Shown here one piece after another: positions 29,848-38,129 of a DNA stretch of 58,766 bases. Where the stretch lies: positions 1 through 58,766 of the forward strand of contig CAYUXO010000003.1 of assembly GCA_964448865.1 (NCBI GenBank). Reading direction: 5' to 3'. Position 1 is the stretch's first letter. Each line of letters starts with the position of its first letter. The notes beneath the pieces are model-generated. The model was not told where the DNA came from. It saw nothing but the letters and a program-made list of their open reading frames with translations, and did no database searches. This stretch comes from an uncultured Anaerolineales bacterium (GTDB lineage Bacteria > Chloroflexota > Anaerolineae > Anaerolineales > UBA11858). The position numbers and the translations under genes are program-made.

Positions 29848-30243
29848 GTGAGTGAAAATCAGCGCTCTTCTGAGAGAAACGCATCAGCGTCATTTGAAGA
29901 TATCCTGAAAGAAATGAATCTTGAGGGGGGTTTTTCCAGGTCAGTTCTGGCAACTTCTGAGGGTTTGCCCATTGCTTCAGCACCGATGCGCCCGGATCAC
30001 GAACTGGCCAGCGCGATGATCGCCATGCTCCAGCAGGTGAGCGTAGAAACCCAGGACTATCTTGAGCTGGCTCCTGTAGATGAAGTTACTATCCGGACCA
30101 AAGAAAGAATGCATCTGGTATGCAGAACAATTCCCACAGGGAAAGACTGGATCTGTTTATGCGCCCTGGTCCCCCCGGGACGGGTTTATAGGCGAGCAAC
30201 CAATCGGGCTATCCGCCGTATCCGGGATGTCATAGAGGATTAA
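29848..30243 (+). CDS. Roadblock/LC7 protein
   Basis: SVLATSEGLPIAS, VDEVTIR; GTG 29848 after AGGAG. Confidence 0.85.
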   Translation: MSENQRSSERNASASFEDILKEMNLEGGFSRSVLATSEGLPIASAPMRPDHELASAMIAMLQQVSVETQDYLELAPVDEVTIRTKERMHLVCRTIPTGKDWICLCALVPPGRVYRRATNRAIRRIRDVIED

Positions 30244-30290
30244 TCAGTAAAAAAAACCCGGGGGAATAATGGAGAATGATGATTAAAACA

Positions 30291-30321
30291 CAAAAGGCTG
30301 CGAGTTCAGCGCAGCCTTTTG
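30291..30321. terminator. Bidirectional intrinsic terminator
   Basis: CAAAAGGCTGCG / CGCAGCCTTTTG between convergent genes. Confidence 0.8.
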
Positions 30322-30345
30322 ATTTCCTAGGGGTGATGTTAATGT

Positions 30346-32004
30346 TTATGGTAAGCTGGATTTGGAGACATCAAATGTATCCATGATCCGTTCTAAGGCA
30401 TCAAAGTCAAAATCTGTTACAACCTGTACTTGCACCAAGACCAGGTAGGCTGCGGGGTCTGAGATTGGTCTTGCACCAATTATTACAACACCGGTATCAT
30501 TTCCGCAATCCCAGTAATCGTAAGCGCCTTCGTAAACGGGATCTTCGTAGGATTCTCGCCATTGATAATCACAGACATCTTCAAACCATTTGGTGGTGCC
30601 ATCCAGGAGCTGGATATAGCCGCCAATTTCTCCCCAATCTTCCGAGGCAGAAAATTGCACACCGCTGTAATCGAAAAAGGAAAAGAATCCATCCAGGTCA
30701 GGTGCAGCAGCGATATCGGCAGCTTCAAAAAATAAATCACCCCAATATTCTGTCCAGAGAGTTCCATCGAGCTGGTTCCAGGTGTCAGGAATTTCTACAT
30801 AAAGGGCGCCATATTCATCGGTCACTGCCATGTAGCCATCATCAAAGATTTCCAAGATGTATTCCGATCCGTATCCTCCGGGATCACCCTGTGATGGACC
30901 ATCAGAAGTTGCCTCGTAACCAGAATCGGGCAGGACTCCGGTGACCGATAACATCCGGCCGTTAAATTGGCCTTCCAGGGTTTCATTTGTGTGGAATCGC
31001 ATCACTTCCATAGCGAGGGTGTTTTCGTCACCATGGGTGCGGATGATGTCGCAGTAGGCAGCCATGCTGCCGTCAGTTGCCAGGTCCAGCCCTTCCAGGG
31101 AGGTGATAAAGTCACCGGGCTCCACTCCGGCTCCATCAGCAGCTGAACCGGATTTCACAGAAGAGACCCAAATACCAGACAGGGTGCTGTCATCAGACAA
31201 TAACGCCACACCATTAATGCCCAGAGAATCAACATCATTACCGGTTTTAAATTGGTTGATAATTGACAAAGTGGTGTCCCGACCAATTGCAAAGAATTGT
31301 CCGGCAGCGGCATAAGAAGCATAATTCACACCCACCACCTGTCCGTTTTCACTTACCAGTGGGCCGCCCGAATTGCCGGGGTTAATGGTGGCGTCATGTT
31401 CGATGACCTGATTCACTGACGCCCAACTGGATTCACCGCCAGCTTTTTCTTTGGAGACAATACCTCTGGTGAGGGTGAATTCGGGATCTCCCAGGGGGAA
31501 TCCTGCAGCATAAACTTCCAAACCAACGGTAATATCCCCGGGATACCATTCCAGGTAGGGGAAATCGTCACCATCAATGTCAATTAACGCCAGGTCAGAA
31601 CATTCGGATACTGCGATGATCTGGGCGTTGTAGGACCGGGATGTATCCCCGCCAATCCATACCTCTATCAGGGCGGCACCGGTGACCACGTGGTTGTTGG
31701 TCAAAGCCAGGCCAGAAGGGTCAATGATAAAACCAGAACCCAAACCAGCACCGCTGTATTCCCCAAATTCAGGGTCAACAAATGTGCCCTGGGCTTCAAT
31801 TTGGATTACAGCGCTTTTCACTCCAGACAGAGATGTGACCAGCGTTGAAGTAGAGATCTCAGCTTCTGTTTCACTTTCAACATCAGAACCACTCGCTGGA
31901 TCGGGAGCTGTTTCAGACGCGCTGCTGAAAATAGAACAAGAGATTAGAACCAGAGCTGTGAGGGCAATAAAAATAGTACGTTGGCGTTTATAGGATGATT
32001 TCAT
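30346..32004 (-). CDS. HtrA/S1C-like serine protease lipoprotein with PDZ and acidic C-terminal domain
   Basis: LISC lipobox, GSGFII, TNNHVV, DLALI, INPGNSGGPL, VEPGDFITSL. Confidence 0.9.
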   Translation of the reverse strand: MKSSYKRQRTIFIALTALVLISCSIFSSASETAPDPASGSDVESETEAEISTSTLVTSLSGVKSAVIQIEAQGTFVDPEFGEYSGAGLGSGFIIDPSGLALTNNHVVTGAALIEVWIGGDTSRSYNAQIIAVSECSDLALIDIDGDDFPYLEWYPGDITVGLEVYAAGFPLGDPEFTLTRGIVSKEKAGGESSWASVNQVIEHDATINPGNSGGPLVSENGQVVGVNYASYAAAGQFFAIGRDTTLSIINQFKTGNDVDSLGINGVALLSDDSTLSGIWVSSVKSGSAADGAGVEPGDFITSLEGLDLATDGSMAAYCDIIRTHGDENTLAMEVMRFHTNETLEGQFNGRMLSVTGVLPDSGYEATSDGPSQGDPGGYGSEYILEIFDDGYMAVTDEYGALYVEIPDTWNQLDGTLWTEYWGDLFFEAADIAAAPDLDGFFSFFDYSGVQFSASEDWGEIGGYIQLLDGTTKWFEDVCDYQWRESYEDPVYEGAYDYWDCGNDTGVVIIGARPISDPAAYLVLVQVQVVTDFDFDALERIMDTFDVSKSSLP

Positions 32005-32337
32005 CGGTTTCCTCCTGGGATTTCGGGCTTACGAATCTGCGATTCCTGATTTTTACCGACATTGATTATTTACTTAGTAAATAAAAATTACGATTTTAAC
32101 TATAATGTAGTTATAATCTATCCACAAGAGGGAATTGCCAATATTTATTATCAGTTTTGTCATGGGCACCCCATAAATTCTGGTTATTTTGATAACATTA
32201 TTTCCAGTATTTTGATACCGGTGTTAAGGGGCAGAGCAACTCGGGAGTACTACTTATGTTATAAATATCCACACAGAACAATGTTTATTGAATTGGATAT
32301 ATTGAAATTTATAACAACAATGCAGCGGGAGGGAGTT

Positions 32338-33135
32338 ATGCCGGCCGATAAATACAACGAGATTAAAGGTTTATTGAATAGTTTTGATTCAAAAGAAATT
32401 CACCAGGGTCTGGTTATGATCCGGGAGGAGTTATCCAATATCTCCGAAGAGGATGCCAAATCCTTATTTGATATGGTATCAGCCTTATTTTATATCGACT
32501 TATTGGACCATCCGGAACATGCCTATGTGCTGGATGAGGCTGTAGGTCTGGCGGCTGATTTTGGTGAGTTCGTAGTTCCCATTCTGCTTGATAATCTGGA
32601 TGCCGGTGATATGAAAGCCCAGCTGACTATTGGCCATGCTTTTGGACGGATCGGTGAGGTCGGAATTGAACCCCTGCTGGAATCTTATAAGTGTGAAGAA
32701 AGTGAAGAGTGCCGCACTTTCCTGGTTTATGCCCTGGGAAAAATCCGCTCACCCAAAATATTGGATGCCTTTGAACAGGTGTTGGGGGCTGCTAAATCTG
32801 AGAATCTGGAGTTAAGGGATACTGCAGTTCGGGCTTTAGGCAACTTTGTGCAAGACATCTCCCCGGCAGATTTGCCCTCTGAGTATAAAATTGAAATGCT
32901 GGCGGCAATTCAGGCTAATTTAAGTGACTCCAGCGCTGGCGTGCGCTCCAAGGCCATCCGCAGCTATGGCAAGCTAGCCCGCTATGGACACCTGGATGAG
33001 GATGAGAAAAGTAAATGTAAAGAGACCTGTGAGTTGCTGCTGGGTATTGATGGAAAGTATGATTGGGACAGGGCATATATTGTCCGTAAAGAAGCTCAGG
33101 AAGCGCTGGATTGTTTGCATGGGTGTGAGGATTAG
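32338..33135 (+). CDS. HEAT-repeat protein
   Basis: Repeats such as RTFLVYALGKI, LRDTAVRALGN, VRSKAIRSYGKL; ATG 32338 after GGAGGGAG. Confidence 0.8.
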   Translation: MPADKYNEIKGLLNSFDSKEIHQGLVMIREELSNISEEDAKSLFDMVSALFYIDLLDHPEHAYVLDEAVGLAADFGEFVVPILLDNLDAGDMKAQLTIGHAFGRIGEVGIEPLLESYKCEESEECRTFLVYALGKIRSPKILDAFEQVLGAAKSENLELRDTAVRALGNFVQDISPADLPSEYKIEMLAAIQANLSDSSAGVRSKAIRSYGKLARYGHLDEDEKSKCKETCELLLGIDGKYDWDRAYIVRKEAQEALDCLHGCED

Positions 33136-33137
33136 GA

Positions 33138-33435
33138 AGTAAGTAGACAAGTGTAAGGCTTGAGGGCGACCAGGAAAGGCAGTAAGTAGTGAGTAGTAAA
33201 TAGTAAAAAGTAGGGGCGACCCACCGGGTCGCCCTTTTTGTATTATCATTGCGAGGATGCCGGAGGCGGACGAAGCAATCCCCTCGTAATATCTATCCCT
33301 GTTCGTCATTGCGAGTGCAACGAGGAATCCCCCCCTTCGCTATAGCAGGAGAGCCAGCTCCTGCGGTTATCCAATCCGGGAGAGCTGGCGCTCTCCCTCG
33401 AGCGACGGAGTGGAATCGATGGACTCAGGGCAGGT
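33138..33435. repeat. Intergenic mosaic of REP/MITE-like palindromes
   Basis: AGTRRRT heptamers; GTAG-GGGCGACCCaccGGGTCGCCC (33210-33234); TCATTGCGAGG..GAAGCAATCCC; GGAGAGCCAGCTC..GAGCTGGCGCTCTCCC (33348-33397). Confidence 0.75.
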
Positions 33436-33461
33436 AGGCGCACTCCCATGAGCGATTAAGC

Positions 33462-35216
33462 TTACACCAACCATAACACCTGATATGGCTCGATCTGCAA
33501 TGGACCAGGTGAGAATATTTTTTCACTCAGTATATCCACCCACGTGGCTGATGGCAGTAGATCAGGATTGAGATCCAGGGCAACTTCAGTGTCTGTAATA
33601 TTAATTAAACAGAGCACTTTTTCAGCTTGATCACATGATGTGCGGGTTAATGCGAATACTCGTCGGTCAAGATCCAATATTTCCTGGGGAGCCAGGGGAT
33701 GGAACGCGGGGTTTCCCTGGCGAACTCTCAGGAAATGACTGTAGGATTGAAATACCCGCGCAGCGCGGGATTCAGGATCCGCCAGCAGGATTTTAAGGTC
33801 TCCATAGTTGAATTTTTCCCGGTTGATGGAACGTGCCCGCCCTGTCTCAGTGACCCCTGCTTTATTATTGGCGGAACCAAATAAACTGTGAACATAGATC
33901 CCGGGAACACCAGCCAGGGATAACATGATGGCCTGGGAGGCCAGGAAACGTTTTGTACCAAGTTCTATCGTGTTTTCCTCTGGATGGTTCAAGGCATCAA
34001 ATAAAGTGATATTCAATTCATACACGCTTTCAGTTCCATCTAGATTTGTTTTAAATGAGGCCTGACCTCCGTGATGCAAAGTTTGATCAACCAGGGCTTG
34101 AATTTCTCTGGTGTTTAATATTCCCTCCACAGGTCGTAAGCCAATTCCGTCATGAGAAGCTATAAAATTAAGAAAAGTGGCAGAGCTGAAGGGAACTTCC
34201 AACGACTTCGCCCATTTTGTGAGCTTGGTGGCATTTCCGGTTCTGAAGGTATGCAGTACCAAGGGGCCCAATGGGAATTGGTAGACCATCTGGGCCTCAT
34301 CTCCTAGAGATTCGGTTCCGGTGGCTCCAGGTAATTGCTGGCCGAAGTAGCTGATATTCTCAACGTGGGGAACGTTGGTTTCTGTGATCAGGATCACTTC
34401 AGGGGCATATACATCAAGGACTGCCCGGATCAGTTTAATGACGTGGTGAGTTTGAGGCAGATGGATGCAATTTGTGCCTATTTCCTTCCAGAGGAAGGCA
34501 ATGGCATCCAAACGCAGGATACTGGCTCCCTGCTTTATGTAAAACAGCAGTACATCCAGAATATCCAACAGCAGCTCAGTACTTTTGAAGTTAAGATCGA
34601 TTTGATCGGGACTGAATGTGGTCCAGACATGTTTTATACCTGATTTGGTTTCCACTTCAGTTAATAAAGGCCTAGCCCGGGGTCTGGTGACCTGCGATAG
34701 ATCAGTCGCTGGGTCCACGCTCAGGAAATAATCGCTGTACGGATCTTGATCCTGGAGATATTTTTGAAACCATTCACTCTGGCGGGATATATGATTGATG
34801 ACAGCATCAAACATAAGGTTGCTGTCATCACGCAGGTTATTGATATCACTCCAATTTCCCAGATCGGGATTGACAGCCATGTAATCGATCACCGAAAATC
34901 CATCATCAGACGAGTATGGGAAAAAAGGAAGAATGTGAATACTCGATATTAAACCCTTGAGGTTGTCCCGGATAAAATCACCCAGGGTAAACAAATGGGG
35001 TTTGTCAGGTAATTGAAACTGATCGCCATAGGTTATCAGAATCGCATCAAGTTCTCCTAATGTGTCCAGTGCTGAAGGAGAAAATTGAAGAAGTTCTTCC
35101 TCCTTGTAGGAATCTAACCGTTTAATTATCTGATCTTGAATATCATGGGCTCTATTTTTTCCATAAAGAGCAGTCAGATGGTTCAGAATTCGATCCTGGG
35201 CAAATTGAGGTTGCAT
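33462..35216 (-). CDS. GH13_18 phosphorylase, likely glucosylglycerate phosphorylase
   Basis: HILPFFPYSSDDGF, WTTFSPDQIDL, RLDA, ITETN, ASHDGIG, VYELNIT (TETN/YE-type motifs). Confidence 0.8.
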   Translation of the reverse strand: MQPQFAQDRILNHLTALYGKNRAHDIQDQIIKRLDSYKEEELLQFSPSALDTLGELDAILITYGDQFQLPDKPHLFTLGDFIRDNLKGLISSIHILPFFPYSSDDGFSVIDYMAVNPDLGNWSDINNLRDDSNLMFDAVINHISRQSEWFQKYLQDQDPYSDYFLSVDPATDLSQVTRPRARPLLTEVETKSGIKHVWTTFSPDQIDLNFKSTELLLDILDVLLFYIKQGASILRLDAIAFLWKEIGTNCIHLPQTHHVIKLIRAVLDVYAPEVILITETNVPHVENISYFGQQLPGATGTESLGDEAQMVYQFPLGPLVLHTFRTGNATKLTKWAKSLEVPFSSATFLNFIASHDGIGLRPVEGILNTREIQALVDQTLHHGGQASFKTNLDGTESVYELNITLFDALNHPEENTIELGTKRFLASQAIMLSLAGVPGIYVHSLFGSANNKAGVTETGRARSINREKFNYGDLKILLADPESRAARVFQSYSHFLRVRQGNPAFHPLAPQEILDLDRRVFALTRTSCDQAEKVLCLINITDTEVALDLNPDLLPSATWVDILSEKIFSPGPLQIEPYQVLWLV

Positions 35217-35243
35217 TTTATTAACTATCCAATCAAAGATAAT

Positions 35244-36611
35244 TTAATCAACGAATAAAGGTTTCAGATAGCCTGCCAGGGCATCTAAAGAATAATGTTT
35301 TAACCCAACCGCGTAATTATATTCCACAAGATCCTTTCTCAGATCAGGATCAGTTAGCAGATTCAGGGTTTGATCTGCGGCAGATTCAATTATATGGTCC
35401 TCGACCCGGGCCAGGCCGTTTTCATCATAATCGCGCACTGAGTCTCCCAGGGAAATAGTCCTAAACCCTTTGTTTTTGATATCCTTTTTATAGACTGGAT
35501 ATTCAAAAATCATCAGAGGCAGCTTGGCTTTGACCGCTTCCAGGAACTGGTTTCCCCATCCCTCCCAGAGACTGGGATAGGTCACCAGGTCAGCTGCCGA
35601 ATATGTATCCCAAAGGGAATAAATTTTCTGCCCCTCCTTTTCTCCTCGCTCGGCATCAACCCTCTCTTCAATAAAGAGCAGTTCGACCTCGCCATTTTTA
35701 GCTTTTTGGATTAATTTTTCCTTATAGGTTCCGGTGGCATCATCCCGGGCGTATCCAGCCAGGACCAAAACAATCCTGTCCTTATCTGTGAAAGAACGGC
35801 CATCATATAAACCTTTCTCCTGGAGGAATTTCCGGCGTTCCGGTGTGTTGAGCGCCCGGGCGAAGTCAATTGCCAGTTCGATTCCCTTGCGGGCGACAAT
35901 GCGAGTCGCCTGGAGCAATACCAGGTCGTTTTCTCCCAGGCCAACTTCTGCGCGAAGATCCCGGTTGTATTTATCCTTCTCCCAGGCTGGGGTTTCGTAA
36001 TCAAAGACATTGGGAACCACCACGGAAAGTATGCCTTTTCGCTCAAGCAGTTCTTTTTGGGCCAGGCTGTTGATAACAGAATGCCTGATCTCAGGATCAT
36101 GAGGAGGTAGGTATTTATCCACCAGCTCAACAGCAGCAGCGCAAGTAAGCGTAAATCCATCACGCCGCTCCCAGTAAAAATCGTGATTATGTGCCACAGC
36201 CGGGATATTCAGTTCCCGGCGGATAATTTCCAGAGCAGGAGCCACAGCTGGATTGGCTGCCACACACCAGACGTTTTCTGCCAGGATAAGATTGATATCA
36301 TTATCGAGAATCACTTCCCGGAACCGCTCCACCAATACATCGGTCATGCGCTTTAACTCATCCTGATAACCATCTGCATCGTAATCAGAAAGCCGTAAAA
36401 AAGTATTTTGATTAAGCCGTTTGCTTTCTGGCAGATGATGGAACATTTCCTTGACCAGGATTCCCTGGGCGGTCCCAAGGTCACCGCCGATCAGATGAAC
36501 CGTATGTCCCATTTTTTCCAGGATCAGTTTCCACTTTTCAATTTCAAGGGAAACACCATCTGTTCCCCCAACCTGAAAATGGAAGATTCCGATATTTTTT
36601 CCATCTGCCAT
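35244..36611 (-). CDS. GT4 glycosyltransferase, MggS (mannosylglucosylglycerate synthase)-like
   Basis: GTDGVSLEIEKW, HNHDFYWER, QATRIVARKGIE, YPSLWEGWGNQFLEA; ATG 36611. Confidence 0.75.
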   Translation of the reverse strand: MADGKNIGIFHFQVGGTDGVSLEIEKWKLILEKMGHTVHLIGGDLGTAQGILVKEMFHHLPESKRLNQNTFLRLSDYDADGYQDELKRMTDVLVERFREVILDNDINLILAENVWCVAANPAVAPALEIIRRELNIPAVAHNHDFYWERRDGFTLTCAAAVELVDKYLPPHDPEIRHSVINSLAQKELLERKGILSVVVPNVFDYETPAWEKDKYNRDLRAEVGLGENDLVLLQATRIVARKGIELAIDFARALNTPERRKFLQEKGLYDGRSFTDKDRIVLVLAGYARDDATGTYKEKLIQKAKNGEVELLFIEERVDAERGEKEGQKIYSLWDTYSAADLVTYPSLWEGWGNQFLEAVKAKLPLMIFEYPVYKKDIKNKGFRTISLGDSVRDYDENGLARVEDHIIESAADQTLNLLTDPDLRKDLVEYNYAVGLKHYSLDALAGYLKPLFVD

Positions 36612-36612
36612 A

Positions 36613-37521
36613 TTATATTGCTCCAAAATTGTTGATTTCTTCCATCGCGACAGCCGCAGCACCAATAACCTGATCCGCACCGCCGTAATAAATGATAAGC
36701 TGGTCATTCATCACAACCTGGCCGCAGCTGAAAACCACATTGGGCACGAAGCCGTTGATCTCCCAGTCCAGTTCAGGTTCAAGGATGGGTTCCGTCTGGC
36801 GGGTTATCACCCGGCTGGGATCATCGGAGTCCAGGAGAGCGATTCCCAGGCTGTATTTTCGGGGATCTTCGCCTACTCCATGATAGATCATCAGCCAACC
36901 ATGTGGGGTTAAGAGAGGTGGTCCGGCCAGACCGATTTTGGTGGATTCCCAGTCCGAACCCGCTACCGGACCCATTACGCGCTGATGATCGGTCCAGGTT
37001 TTGAGATCTTCAGAATAGGTGATCCAGATATCCGGAGACCGGCGGTGAAACATCACAAAATTTCCGTTGATTTTTTTCGGGAAGAGAGATGCGTCCTTGT
37101 TGGGTTCATCGAGCATAACTCCTCGCCGTTCCCAGTTAATCAGATTCCGAGAGGTTGCCAGGCTTATGCGGTAATCTCCGTCAAATCTCCCTCCATAACC
37201 TGTGTACATCATATAAAAGGAACCATTCATTTCCACGATGCGGGGATCTTCCGGACCGCGCAGCTCCTGGGGAATGTCATTGACCAGAATGGGGTTTTCA
37301 AGCCGGTTAAAGTGAATCCCGTCTGCGCTGACCGCGTATCCCAGGCTGTTGATATATTTTCCCCGCTGGCCATTTGATGTGATATCCGTTGCCCTGTAGA
37401 TCAAATGGACCAATCCATTGTGAAAAACAGCGGCAGTATTGAAAACGGCCGCAGCTTCCCAGTTATGGTGCGGCTTGGGTTCCAGGATAGGCTTATCACT
37501 GAGGCGCTGCAGCTTTATCAC
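36613..37521 (-). CDS. GH130 mannoside phosphorylase/glycosidase
   Basis: AVFNTAA, GPEDPRI, PNKDASLFP, FHRR, IYHGV, PNVVFSCG, YYGGAD. Confidence 0.9.
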   Translation of the reverse strand: MIKLQRLSDKPILEPKPHHNWEAAAVFNTAAVFHNGLVHLIYRATDITSNGQRGKYINSLGYAVSADGIHFNRLENPILVNDIPQELRGPEDPRIVEMNGSFYMMYTGYGGRFDGDYRISLATSRNLINWERRGVMLDEPNKDASLFPKKINGNFVMFHRRSPDIWITYSEDLKTWTDHQRVMGPVAGSDWESTKIGLAGPPLLTPHGWLMIYHGVGEDPRKYSLGIALLDSDDPSRVITRQTEPILEPELDWEINGFVPNVVFSCGQVVMNDQLIIYYGGADQVIGAAAVAMEEINNFGAI

Positions 37522-38120
37522 GGTTCCAGCCTCCAGGATGCCAGCAGGCGCCAGCTAATGCTCTCCCACCAGCTGCCATTCCAATCCTCAGAAAAGACCT
37601 CGAGAAAGTGATAAGTATCCGCCAGGAAAGGACCCTTAAAATCAGGACCATCTTCCATCCATTCAAAGACGTTATCGTATAAGTCGTTGGGAATATCACG
37701 GAATGAAAATGTAATATGAGGGTGGAACGGATGACTCAGGGCATGGTCATTAAAATCACTATCATCAGCAATATAAGGCTTGGTAATTTCCACCAGCTCT
37801 TGCCGAAATTTCAGAAAAGCCTGGTTGGTTTCTCCATCCAGGGTCAACAAACTGAGTCCAAAGCCAATTGGATCCACCCGGAAATCTTCCACGCTGACAG
37901 GTAATGCTTTTTGGCCTTCAAAAAAAGCATCCAGATCATTTTTTAGATCTGCAGATTTAAGGTCATTTTTCTTAAAGAAACCTTTGATGGTGCAGTGGAC
38001 AGGAAATCGATCCGCAGCAGAAAAACCAAACTGCTTTCGCAGCAAGGCATGAGCCTCTGCGACATTTTTGGACAGCTGGTAGGGCGGGATCAGGTAAAGA
38101 GCAAATCTCGAATCAGACAT
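37518..38120 (-). CDS. 2H phosphoesterase family protein
   Basis: Two HxT motifs (VHCTIK, PHITFS). Confidence 0.75.
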   Translation of the reverse strand: MSDSRFALYLIPPYQLSKNVAEAHALLRKQFGFSAADRFPVHCTIKGFFKKNDLKSADLKNDLDAFFEGQKALPVSVEDFRVDPIGFGLSLLTLDGETNQAFLKFRQELVEITKPYIADDSDFNDHALSHPFHPHITFSFRDIPNDLYDNVFEWMEDGPDFKGPFLADTYHFLEVFSEDWNGSWWESISWRLLASWRLEP

Positions 38121-38129
38121 AATGTTATT

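Noticed and set aside
32062..32337. N-terminal extension of the HEAT ORF
   Set aside because: AT-rich divergent promoter region; the RBS supports ATG 32338.
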